From positions 1-60,824 of the forward strand of contig JBGGMJ010000047.1 in the NCBI GenBank assembly GCA_041288095.1: a stretch of DNA of 60,824 bases, read 5' to 3'. The translations under genes were made by a program, and so were the position numbers. This DNA is from Myxococcota bacterium. Its GTDB lineage: Bacteria > Myxococcota > XYA12-FULL-58-9 > JALHOP01. Below are positions 1 through 8,253 of this stretch, piece after piece (position 1 is the first letter of the stretch; each line of letters starts with the position of its first letter). The notes beneath the pieces were generated by a model. The model searched no databases, was not told the DNA's origin, and saw only the letters and a list, made by a program, of their open reading frames with translations.

Positions 1-65
1 TCTTCGTAGACTTTGTGCGACGGGATGCTGCCGGCAATGATCTTCGAGAAGATGGTTTCGGCCAT
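1..65 (-). CDS. HIT (histidine triad) family protein, N-terminal part only (runs off window edge)
   Basis: Reverse strand reads MAETIFSKIIAGSIPSHKVYE, the typical HinT/HIT N-terminus; not in ORF track because truncated. Confidence 0.85.
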   Translation of the reverse strand, partial: MAETIFSKIIAGSIPSHKVYE

Positions 66-109
66 GCCGCCGCATAACACGTCAGACCCGGGCTGCATAA
101 AGCGACATC

Positions 110-427
110 ATGCTTTCGACCCGTGTCATCGACGGTCTCACCGTCCATCGTGCCGGCGGCCCCTTTCGCCGTGAGATTCACCTCCAAGGTGGCACCCAGT
201 CCGAGCGCGATCAGGTCTTGCGCGATCTCGAGGCGGTCCTCGACGGGCAACCGCACACGCGGACTTTTCGCTTGGCCCTCGGCCGGCTCGAGCTCATGAC
301 CCGGCGCGGTGGCATCTCGATTGGCCTCTCCCGGGAGGACGAGACCGTCCTGCGCGGCAAGCTGGAGTCGGCCACCGACGCGAGCCTGGCGGACGTGCGG
401 TCGACCGCGCAGAAGGTTTGGCGATAA
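110..427 (+). CDS. Hypothetical protein (105 aa)
   Basis: ATG ORF divergent from the HIT gene, plausible globular composition, no motif recognised. Confidence 0.55.
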   Translation: MLSTRVIDGLTVHRAGGPFRREIHLQGGTQSERDQVLRDLEAVLDGQPHTRTFRLALGRLELMTRRGGISIGLSREDETVLRGKLESATDASLADVRSTAQKVWR

Positions 428-543
428 GCGCGCTGTCCGCGGCGCACACTTGGCGGCGCCCTTTGTTCACCCGCGATCGTCGCGCTGCAATCGCCGGCCG
501 CACCGATACTGGACTCAACGTTTGAGCCTGTGAGGAGCGCGCC

Positions 544-1071
544 GTGAGTATCCAAGCCCTTCGCCCCGCCCTGAATGGATTTAAGCCGTACTGCGCGCGA
601 ACCATCAGCGCCAAGGCCGCTCAGCTCCTTTCGCCCATCGTCGCGGTCCCCGTGGGCGCGACCGCTGGCCTCGCGCTCGGAGTCACCGAAACCATCTCGC
701 CAGTTTCGCTCGGGCGCTGGACGCCGCGCTACGACGTGATCCCGGCACCGGGCTGGTACGACAAGCTGCCGCCGATGGTGAAAACCGGCATCTGGGCCGC
801 TGCTGGTGTGCCGATCTTCATAGGCATGGTCCCCGAGCTCACGCAGCTACCGGCCGACAAGCTCGTAGAGGTTCTAGCGACCGACGGAGCCGTGCTGGCG
901 ATGGCGGGAGCGATGCTCGGCGCGGGTGCCCGTGTCGCCAAGAACTGCCTCATGACGACCTGCGCGGGTGCCATGGCCGCTGGCTTGCTGGTGTGGGACG
1001 TGGTCGGTCGTGAGGTCGACGCGCGTAACGGGCTCCTCGTGCCACCGACGCCTGCCGCTCGCCACGTCTGA
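544..1071 (+). CDS. Hypothetical membrane-associated protein (175 aa)
   Basis: GAGGAG RBS before GTG; several Gly/Ala-rich hydrophobic segments; no Sec signal. Confidence 0.65.
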   Translation: MSIQALRPALNGFKPYCARTISAKAAQLLSPIVAVPVGATAGLALGVTETISPVSLGRWTPRYDVIPAPGWYDKLPPMVKTGIWAAAGVPIFIGMVPELTQLPADKLVEVLATDGAVLAMAGAMLGAGARVAKNCLMTTCAGAMAAGLLVWDVVGREVDARNGLLVPPTPAARHV

Positions 1072-1131
1072 GCGTTTCCAAGGAAGCGCGATCGACATCG
1101 GCGACGGCATAGGCTCCACGGCCTGAAACCC

Positions 1132-1163
1132 TCCTTGACTCGCTAGGTTTCAAGGACATAAAT
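1132..1163 (+). promoter_or_regulatory. Putative sigma70 promoter of nuoLMN overlapped by a 7-bp inverted repeat
   Basis: TTGACT (1135-1140)-N17-ATAAAT; TCCTTGA-N11-TCAAGGA at 1132-1156. Confidence 0.4.
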
Positions 1164-1169
1164 CGCCGC

Positions 1170-3197
1170 GTGCTTACGCCAAAAGACCTCGAATCGCTGA
1201 TCGCGCTGATCCCGATCTTGCCGCTCGTGGGCGCGATCATCAACGGTCTGTGGGGCCACCGCCTGCCACAGCGCGTGGTGAGCTTGGTAGCCTGCGGCTC
1301 CGTGCTCGCCTCCTTCGTCTTGTCCGCCATCGTGGTCGGGCATCTCGCGCAAGCCGAGGACGGGGCGCGCTACGTCTCGACTCTCTACACATGGATGGCG
1401 AGCGGCAACCTCAACATCGGGGTCAGCTTCGTCGTCGATCGTTTGTCCGCGGTGATGATCCTCGTCATCACCGGCATCGGCTTTCTCATTCACGTCTACT
1501 CGACCGGCTACATGTCGCACGAGCCGGCGTACGCTCGGTACTTCGCGTATCTCAACCTCTTCTGCTTCGCGATGCTCTGCCTCGTGCTCGGCAGCTCGCT
1601 GCCTCTCTTGTTCCTCGGCTGGGAAGGCGTCGGCCTCTGCAGCTATCTGCTCATCGGCTTCTGGTACACCGACATCGAGAAGGCGCAGGCCGGCAAGAAG
1701 GCCTTCGTCGTCAACCGCATCGGTGACTTCGGCGTGCTCATCGCGATGGCTCTGCTATTGCGGACGACGGGCACGCTCGAGTTCGAGACCCTGCGCGCCG
1801 CCGCCGCCGGGGGTGTCATCACCACGACGGTCGCCACCGCCGCGGCGCTCCTGCTCTTCCTGGGCGCCACCGGTAAGAGCGCGCAGCTGCCGCTCTACGT
1901 TTGGCTCCCGGACGCGATGGCCGGCCCGACTCCGGTCTCGGCTCTCATCCACGCCGCGACCATGGTCACCGCGGGTGTCTATCTGGTCGCGCGCACCGGG
2001 TTCATCTACTCGATGGCGCCGATCGCCATGCTCACGGTCGCGGTCGTCGGCGCCGCGACGGCGTTGTTCGCCGCCACCATCGGCACCGCCCAATACGACA
2101 TCAAGAAAGTGCTGGCGTATTCCACCGTCTCGCAGCTCGGCTTCATGTTCATCGCCGCCGGCGTCGGCGCGTACGCTATCGCGCTCTTCCACGTCATCAC
2201 CCACGCCTTCTTCAAGGCCTGCCTGTTCTTGGGCTCGGGCTCGGTGATCCACGGTATGAGCGGCGAGCAGGACATGCGCCAGATGGGCGGGCTCGCCAAG
2301 AAGATGCCCATCACCTTCGCGACCTTCTTCGTCGCGACGCTCGCCATCACCGGCTTCCCGCTACTTTCGGGCTTCGCCTCGAAGGATCTCATTCTGTGGA
2401 ATGCCTTCATCTCGAGCGAGGGTCACTACGACTCGGTGTTCCACGGCATCGGCTTCTGGCTGTGGCTCATGGGCGCCATCGCCGCCGGCTTCACCGCCTT
2501 CTACATGTGGCGCCTGGTGTTCATGACCTTCTTCTCGGGCCAGACTCGCGCCTCGCACGAGGTCGTGCATCACGTGCACGAGTCGCCCAAGAGCATGACC
2601 TTCCCGCTCGTGGTGCTCGCGACCTTGTCCGTCATCGGCGGCGCGCTTTGCTGGCCGGCGGTTCTTGGCGGGCACGAGTGGCTTGCCGAGTCGTGGCTCT
2701 TGCCGATCACAGGTCATCTGCCGACGCCCGAGGGGCATCACGAGACGCTCGAGTGGACGCTCATGGCGTGCTCGACCGGCATCGCCTTCCTCGGGTTCGC
2801 TATAGCGTTCGTGCTCTACGCGCGCCGCATTCACCCGATGTTGAATCGCCTGGTCTCGGAAGCGCCGTTCCGTGACCTCTTCGTGCTCGTCAACAACAAG
2901 TGGCACATCGACGAGCTCTACGACACGCTCGTGGTGAAGCCCATCGGCTGGGTCTCGCGCATCGTCTTCTACGAGGGGATGGACCGCCGCGTGATCGACG
3001 GGCTGGTGAACCTCGTGGGCTGGTTCGGGCGCTCGATCGGCTTCGTCGGTCAGCTCTTCCAGAGCGGCAACGTGCAGCGCTACCTCGCCATCTTCGCGCT
3101 GGCTCTCGCGCTCTTGCTCTACGGCTGGCTCTCTCCGAGCACGCCCCAAGCCGACCAACCGGCCGAAGAAACGCCAACCTCGATTCAGGCGCGGTGA
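1170..3197 (+). CDS. nuoL: NADH-quinone oxidoreductase subunit L
   Basis: Motifs GWEGVGLCSYLLIGFW, KAFVVNRIGD, GKSAQLPLYVWLPDAMAGPTPVSALIHAATMV, THAFFKA and C-terminal QSGNVQRY. Confidence 0.97.
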   Translation: MLTPKDLESLIALIPILPLVGAIINGLWGHRLPQRVVSLVACGSVLASFVLSAIVVGHLAQAEDGARYVSTLYTWMASGNLNIGVSFVVDRLSAVMILVITGIGFLIHVYSTGYMSHEPAYARYFAYLNLFCFAMLCLVLGSSLPLLFLGWEGVGLCSYLLIGFWYTDIEKAQAGKKAFVVNRIGDFGVLIAMALLLRTTGTLEFETLRAAAAGGVITTTVATAAALLLFLGATGKSAQLPLYVWLPDAMAGPTPVSALIHAATMVTAGVYLVARTGFIYSMAPIAMLTVAVVGAATALFAATIGTAQYDIKKVLAYSTVSQLGFMFIAAGVGAYAIALFHVITHAFFKACLFLGSGSVIHGMSGEQDMRQMGGLAKKMPITFATFFVATLAITGFPLLSGFASKDLILWNAFISSEGHYDSVFHGIGFWLWLMGAIAAGFTAFYMWRLVFMTFFSGQTRASHEVVHHVHESPKSMTFPLVVLATLSVIGGALCWPAVLGGHEWLAESWLLPITGHLPTPEGHHETLEWTLMACSTGIAFLGFAIAFVLYARRIHPMLNRLVSEAPFRDLFVLVNNKWHIDELYDTLVVKPIGWVSRIVFYEGMDRRVIDGLVNLVGWFGRSIGFVGQLFQSGNVQRYLAIFALALALLLYGWLSPSTPQADQPAEETPTSIQAR

Positions 3198-3202
3198 TCA
3201 CG

Positions 3203-5128
3203 ATGGGCTTTCTCGAAACACACCTTCTGACCGCCATCGTTTTCCTGCCGCTGCTCGGCGCCTTCATTTGTCTCGCTTTCCCCAAGGGTGAAGACAGTGG
3301 CGTCCGCGGCTTCGCGCTGACCGTATCGTTGGTCGACCTCGGCCTCGCCATTTGGTTGTGGTCGCGCTTCTCTCCGAACGTCGCCGGCATGCAGCTCGCG
3401 GAGCGCGTCGAGTGGATCCCATCGCTCGGCATCACCTACGCCATGGGTATCGATGGCGTGGCGATGATCCTCATCCTGTTGACGGCGTTCTTAGCGCCCA
3501 TCGTCGTGCTCTCGACGTATTCGAGCGTCGAGGAGCGAGCCCGCGAGTTCATGGTCTGCATGTTGTTCCTGCAGACGGGCATGCTCGGCGCCTTCGCCGC
3601 GACCGACTTGTTCCTCTTCTATACGTTCTACGAGGTCATGCTGGTGCCGATGTACTTCCTCATCGGCATCTGGGGCGGACGGCGCCGCATCTACGCGGCG
3701 CTCAAGTTCTTCCTCTACACAATGGGTGGATCGCTGCTGATGCTGGTCGCGATCATCTACACGGTGTGGGCCGTGAAGGACCAAGGCGGGCTCACCTTCG
3801 ACTGGGCGGTGGTCACGCAGCGTCTGGCGTCGGCGAACCTCGGCAGTACCGAGATCTGGCTCTTCCTCGCCTTCGCGGTCGCCTTCGCCATCAAGGTGCC
3901 GATGTTCCCGTTCCACACCTGGTTGCCCGACGCCCACGTCGAGGCGCCGACGGGCGCTTCGGTCATCCTCGCCGGCGTTCTCTTGAAGATCGGTACGTTC
4001 GGCTTCGTGCGCTACGCGTTGTGGATGTTCCCCAAGGCCGCTGTAGCGTTCTTGCCGACCATCGGCGTGCTCGCGGTCATCGGCATCATCTACGGCGCGC
4101 TCGTCGCCATGGTGCAGAGCGACTTGAAACGCCTCGTCGCCTATTCGTCGGTTTCGCACTTGGGCTTCGTCATGCTCGGCCTCGTGTCGATGTCGGTCAC
4201 CGGCGTCGCCGGCAGTGTCCTGCAGATGGTGAACCACGGCATCTCGTCGGGCGCGCTCTTCCTCTTGGTCGGCGTCATCTACGAGCGCCGGCACACCCGC
4301 CAGCTCGATGACTTCGGCGGTCTCGCCAAGGTGATGCCGAAATACGCCTTCTTGTTCGTGCTGCTCGCCTTGTCGTCGGCGGGTCTGCCGGGCCTCAACG
4401 GCTTCGTCGGCGAGTTCATGATCGTCATGGGTAGCTTCGGCGCCATGGGCCCGACCATGGACGTGACCAACGGCGAGCTCGCGCGCATCGGCATCTCGCT
4501 CGCAGGCGTCATCGGCTTGGGCGCGGTGATCTTGATGGTCATGAAGGTCGCGGCGGAGCGCGCCCGCATGAGCCTCTGGCAACGCGTCGGCGCGGTGGCG
4601 CTGGTCGCGCTCGCGGCGCTCTTGATCGTCGCGCCGCCGATCGGTGGCTTCGGTGGTGGTCTCTTGGTGCGGCCGCTCGTCGGTCTCACCTCGGACAACG
4701 GCGACTTCCGCGAGATCTTCGCGCTGCTGACCGTTTTCGCGGGCACCGGCGTCATCTTCGCGGCCGTCTATCTCCTGATCGCGGTGCAGCGTGTCTTCTT
4801 CGGACCCATCCGCCATGCGGAAAACGAAGGCTTGGAAGATCTGTCCTTCCGCGAGCAGACGGTGCTCTGGCCGCTCGCGATCGTCGCCATCCTCATGGGC
4901 CTGTTCCCGCAGCCGTTCATCGACATGGTGAACCCGACGGTCGACGCCTACGCGCGTCAGTTCCGCGAGCGCGCGAACCTCCCCGCGATCGCGATGACGG
5001 ACGCCCCGGCGCTGCAACCGCTGACTCCGGCGCAGCGCGATCAGGCAAACGAGCGCCGCCGCCTGCCGGCGCCGCGTGCTCACGGGAACGATCCCAACCT
5101 GCGTGTGCGCAAGGGAGCGCAGGAGTAA
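3203..5128 (+). CDS. nuoM: NADH-quinone oxidoreductase subunit M (with an approx. 90-aa hydrophobic insertion)
   Basis: FYEVMLVPMYFLIGIWG, AIKVPMFPFHTWLPDAHVEAPT, AYSSVSHLG, GLNGFVGEF; start moved to the ATG just after the nuoL stop. Confidence 0.95.
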   Translation: MGFLETHLLTAIVFLPLLGAFICLAFPKGEDSGVRGFALTVSLVDLGLAIWLWSRFSPNVAGMQLAERVEWIPSLGITYAMGIDGVAMILILLTAFLAPIVVLSTYSSVEERAREFMVCMLFLQTGMLGAFAATDLFLFYTFYEVMLVPMYFLIGIWGGRRRIYAALKFFLYTMGGSLLMLVAIIYTVWAVKDQGGLTFDWAVVTQRLASANLGSTEIWLFLAFAVAFAIKVPMFPFHTWLPDAHVEAPTGASVILAGVLLKIGTFGFVRYALWMFPKAAVAFLPTIGVLAVIGIIYGALVAMVQSDLKRLVAYSSVSHLGFVMLGLVSMSVTGVAGSVLQMVNHGISSGALFLLVGVIYERRHTRQLDDFGGLAKVMPKYAFLFVLLALSSAGLPGLNGFVGEFMIVMGSFGAMGPTMDVTNGELARIGISLAGVIGLGAVILMVMKVAAERARMSLWQRVGAVALVALAALLIVAPPIGGFGGGLLVRPLVGLTSDNGDFREIFALLTVFAGTGVIFAAVYLLIAVQRVFFGPIRHAENEGLEDLSFREQTVLWPLAIVAILMGLFPQPFIDMVNPTVDAYARQFRERANLPAIAMTDAPALQPLTPAQRDQANERRRLPAPRAHGNDPNLRVRKGAQE

Positions 5129-5131
5129 GCC

Positions 5132-6631
5132 ATGAACATCGTCCAAGATCTGGGTTTGCTCGCTCCCGTTCTCGTCGTCACCATCGCCGCCTCCGTGGTG
5201 CTCTTGCTCACGGTTGCGCACGGCTACGGTCGCCCGGCGCCGCAGACCAACGGTCACATGTCCTTCGTCGCGCTGGCCGCTTTGGCGGTCGCTGCTTGGC
5301 TCATGTGGACGGCCGAGCCCGGCTCGCACACCGCGTTTTCGGGCGCCATCGTCGTCGATGGCTTAGGCATTTCGTTCGGCCTCACCGCGGTCGTCGGAGC
5401 ATTCCTCTCGGTGCTGCTCGCCACCTCGTATTTGAACGAGCACGAGCTCGCGCACGGCGAGTTCATCGCGCTGGTGCTGCTCTCGACCGTCGGCATGCTG
5501 GTGCTGTCGATGGCGGGCGATCTCATCACTCTCTTCATCGGCATCGAGGTGATGTCGCTCGCTGTGTACGTTTTGGCGGGCTACCGGCGCAGCTCTCGGC
5601 GCTCGCAAGAGGCGGCGCTCAAGTACTTCGTCTACGGCGCCTTCGCGTCGGCTTTCGTGCTCTTTGGTATCGCGCTCGTTTACGGCGAGGTCGGTCGCTT
5701 GCTCGGCAAGCCCGGCATCACCATGCAGGTGGTGGCGCAGGCCTTCTCGCGTGACGATCTCTCGAACCTCGGCTGGATTGGCGTCGCCATGGTGCTCGGC
5801 GGTCTCGCTTTCAAGGTCGCGGCGGTGCCGTTCCACATGTGGGCGCCCGATGTTTACGAAGGCGCGCCGACCCCGTCGACCGGCTTCATGGCGGTTGGTG
5901 TGAAGGCGGCTGCTTTCGCCGGCCTCCTGCGCTTCGTCGCCGCCACGCTGGTGCACGCACCTAACGGCCGCGAGACCTTCGTGCAGATCTTCGAGCTGCT
6001 CGCCATCCTGACGATGGTCACCGGCAACCTGCTCGCCATCCGTCAGTCGCAGCTCAAGCGCATGCTCGCGTATTCGAGCATCGCGCATGCGGGCTATGTC
6101 TTCGTTGGTCTCGCTGCCTTCGTGGCGCAGCCTCAGGGTCGTGCCGTGGAAGCCATCGGCTACTACTTGCTCGGCTACACCGCGATGACCCTCGGGGCCT
6201 TCGGCGTCATCTTGGCGTTCGAGCGTCGCGGTGATCGTCGCCTCGACCTGCCCATGGAGCGTCTCTCGGGGACCGGCCACAAATATCCGGCTCTCGGTCT
6301 CGCCATGTCGCTCTTCATGTTGTCGCTCGCTGGGATTCCCCCGACGGCCGGTTTCTTCGGCAAGCTCGCGGTCTTCTCGGCGGCGGTGGAAGCAGGACGC
6401 GTGCCGGTCGTCGTCGTAGCGGTGCTCGCGAGTGTCGCCGGGGCGTTCTACTACCTGCGCGTGCTCGTGATGATGTACATGCGCGCCACCGGCTCGGACG
6501 AGACCCGCATCCACTCGCCCTGGCTTGCGGCGGGCTTGTGGGCTTGCGCGGCGCTTACCACGGTGGCCGGGGTCATTCCAGAGAGCTATCTAGGCTTCGC
6601 CAGGCGTGTTTTAGCCGGCTGGCTGACCTAG
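5132..6631 (+). CDS. nuoN: NADH-quinone oxidoreductase subunit N
   Basis: EAALKYF, FKVAAVPFHMWAPDVYEGAPTP, KRMLAYSSIAHAGY, SLAGIPPTAGFFGK. Confidence 0.97.
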   Translation: MNIVQDLGLLAPVLVVTIAASVVLLLTVAHGYGRPAPQTNGHMSFVALAALAVAAWLMWTAEPGSHTAFSGAIVVDGLGISFGLTAVVGAFLSVLLATSYLNEHELAHGEFIALVLLSTVGMLVLSMAGDLITLFIGIEVMSLAVYVLAGYRRSSRRSQEAALKYFVYGAFASAFVLFGIALVYGEVGRLLGKPGITMQVVAQAFSRDDLSNLGWIGVAMVLGGLAFKVAAVPFHMWAPDVYEGAPTPSTGFMAVGVKAAAFAGLLRFVAATLVHAPNGRETFVQIFELLAILTMVTGNLLAIRQSQLKRMLAYSSIAHAGYVFVGLAAFVAQPQGRAVEAIGYYLLGYTAMTLGAFGVILAFERRGDRRLDLPMERLSGTGHKYPALGLAMSLFMLSLAGIPPTAGFFGKLAVFSAAVEAGRVPVVVVAVLASVAGAFYYLRVLVMMYMRATGSDETRIHSPWLAAGLWACAALTTVAGVIPESYLGFARRVLAGWLT

Positions 6632-6675
6632 ACACTTGGTAGCGGCGAGCCCCGCAATGGGCTACATCAAAGGCC

Positions 6676-8199
6676 ATGCGCAACGGTGACGCCGGCGGTG
6701 GCAAGCCACCATCACCCCCCGGGGGTGACGGCAGCTCCGATCTCTTTGCCAGCTCCGATCTTCCTGACTTCGACATGCCGGGTGCCGCTACCCGGAAAGC
6801 GGTACCGCAAAGCATGAACGACGAGCCCACCAAGCGTCGCGACGCACCCGTGCCCGGAGCCTTCACCGAAGGCGCCACCACCGTCATGAACGACGAACAG
6901 CGACGCCAAGCGCTCGCGGCCGCCGGCCTCAGCGTCGATCCGCCGCCAGCAGCAGCTCCAGTGCCGCAAACGATGCACGACGAGCCGACCCGCGAGGCGG
7001 GGACGTTCAGCATCGGCTTCGACCTCGAACCGATGGCGCAGCAGGATTCGTCGATGAGCTTCGAGGCGCCGGCCGAGTCGACGAGCTTCGAGGCGCCGGC
7101 CGAGTCGATGGGCTTCGAGGCGCCGGCCGTGGAGTCGCGCCCATTCACCGCCGCCGACGCGGCCCCGCGCGTTGATCCTCCTGCTAACGACGGCTTCGAC
7201 CAACCGGCCCTCGGCCCGGACGCGGGCTTGCCGTCGCACCTGCAGCTACCCTCGATCGACTTCTCGTTGCCCTCCGGCATGGGTGAACCGACGTTCTCCA
7301 GCGGCGGGTCGGCGACCCCGACCGATCTACCCGCGCACTTGCAACTGCCGAACTTCCCCGAGTTCGATTTGCCGGCCCTGCCCGGCGTCGAGCAGACCAA
7401 GCGGCGCCTCGTCGACGACGTCGGCATCGAGGGGAGTCTCGGCGGCTCTTTTGGCTCCCTCGACAACTCCCCAGCTACCGGCGCTCCCAAGCCAGGCGCC
7501 GGTGACGGCTGGGCTGTCGCTCCAGCGGCCCAGGCCGCGACGCCTCCACCTCCGCCCAAGCGGAACATGAAGCGCCCGTCGAACGCGCCCCTGCCGATGG
7601 ACCTGTCGCTGCCGCAAATGAGCTTGCCCTCGGTCAACCAGCCGGCGTCCAAGAAAGAGCCGACGCTCCTGCGCTCGGATGTCGCCGAGAAGCTCGCGAC
7701 GGTGAAGAAGAAGTCGATGGCGGGCCCGATCATCGCCATCACCGTGCTGATCCTCGGCACCGGCGCGGCCTTGTACGTCTACAAGGACACCATCCTCACC
7801 CGCGTCTTCGGTAAACATCAGAGCGAAGCTGTCGAAACCAACACCGACAAGGCCCGCAAGCTCGTCGCTTTAGGTACAACGTTCTACGACAAGAACGAGA
7901 TGCCGACCGCCATCGAGAACTTCACGGCGGCGCTGGCGGTGGACCCTACGTACGCTAAAGCGCATCGTTCGCTGGCGATTGCGTATGCGAAGATGAATCA
8001 GCCCGACAAGGCGGTCACCCACTACCGGACGTATCTGGTGCTCGCGCCGACGGCCGACGATGCGGCGGCGGTGAAGAAGATCGTCGACGACTACGACGCG
8101 AAGGCGAAAGAGCTCGAGAAGCAGAAGGCGGAAGAGGCCAAGGCGGCAAGAGAGAAGGAGCGGGAGAAAGAGAAGGAGAAGGGTAAGAAGCACCGGTAG
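6676..8199 (+). CDS. Membrane-anchored TPR protein with long Pro/acidic disordered N-terminus and Lys/Glu-rich tail
   Basis: One TM (PIIAITVLILGTGAALYVY); TPR-like AIENFTAALAVDPTYAKAHRSLAIAY and AVTHYRTYLVLAP. Confidence 0.8.
   Translation: MRNGDAGGGKPPSPPGGDGSSDLFASSDLPDFDMPGAATRKAVPQSMNDEPTKRRDAPVPGAFTEGATTVMNDEQRRQALAAAGLSVDPPPAAAPVPQTMHDEPTREAGTFSIGFDLEPMAQQDSSMSFEAPAESTSFEAPAESMGFEAPAVESRPFTAADAAPRVDPPANDGFDQPALGPDAGLPSHLQLPSIDFSLPSGMGEPTFSSGGSATPTDLPAHLQLPNFPEFDLPALPGVEQTKRRLVDDVGIEGSLGGSFGSLDNSPATGAPKPGAGDGWAVAPAAQAATPPPPPKRNMKRPSNAPLPMDLSLPQMSLPSVNQPASKKEPTLLRSDVAEKLATVKKKSMAGPIIAITVLILGTGAALYVYKDTILTRVFGKHQSEAVETNTDKARKLVALGTTFYDKNEMPTAIENFTAALAVDPTYAKAHRSLAIAYAKMNQPDKAVTHYRTYLVLAPTADDAAAVKKIVDDYDAKAKELEKQKAEEAKAAREKEREKEKEKGKKHR
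7051..7131 (+). repeat. Three tandem 27-bp coding repeats (S[MT][SG]FEAPA[EV])
   Basis: TCGATGAGCTTCGAGGCGCCGGCCGAG and two close variants in tandem. Confidence 0.9.
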
Positions 8200-8206
8200 C
8201 AGCCAC

Positions 8207-8253
8207 TCGGCTTTCGGCTTTCGGCTAATCGACTACCGATTACCGATTACCGA
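8207..8253. repeat. Heptamer tandem repeats (TCGGCTT x3 then ACCGATT x3) between convergent genes; possible hairpin/terminator
   Basis: Read directly; TCGG and CCGA cores are mutually complementary. Confidence 0.7.

Noticed and set aside
2900-3202. N-terminal extension of the nuoM ORF in the ORF track
   Set aside because: Overlaps nuoL in another frame; NuoM-like sequence starts at ATG 3203
3491-5329. 612-aa antisense ORF (and similar long antisense ORFs such as 9588-11156, 12237-13574, 13514-14950, 31063-32310)
   Set aside because: Shadow ORFs expected from high-GC codon bias opposite well-supported genes
1170-6631. Mrp antiporter or hydrogenase-associated membrane module
   Set aside because: Motifs and L-M-N order match complex I subunits; no mrpB/C/E/F/G or hydrogenase genes are adjacent
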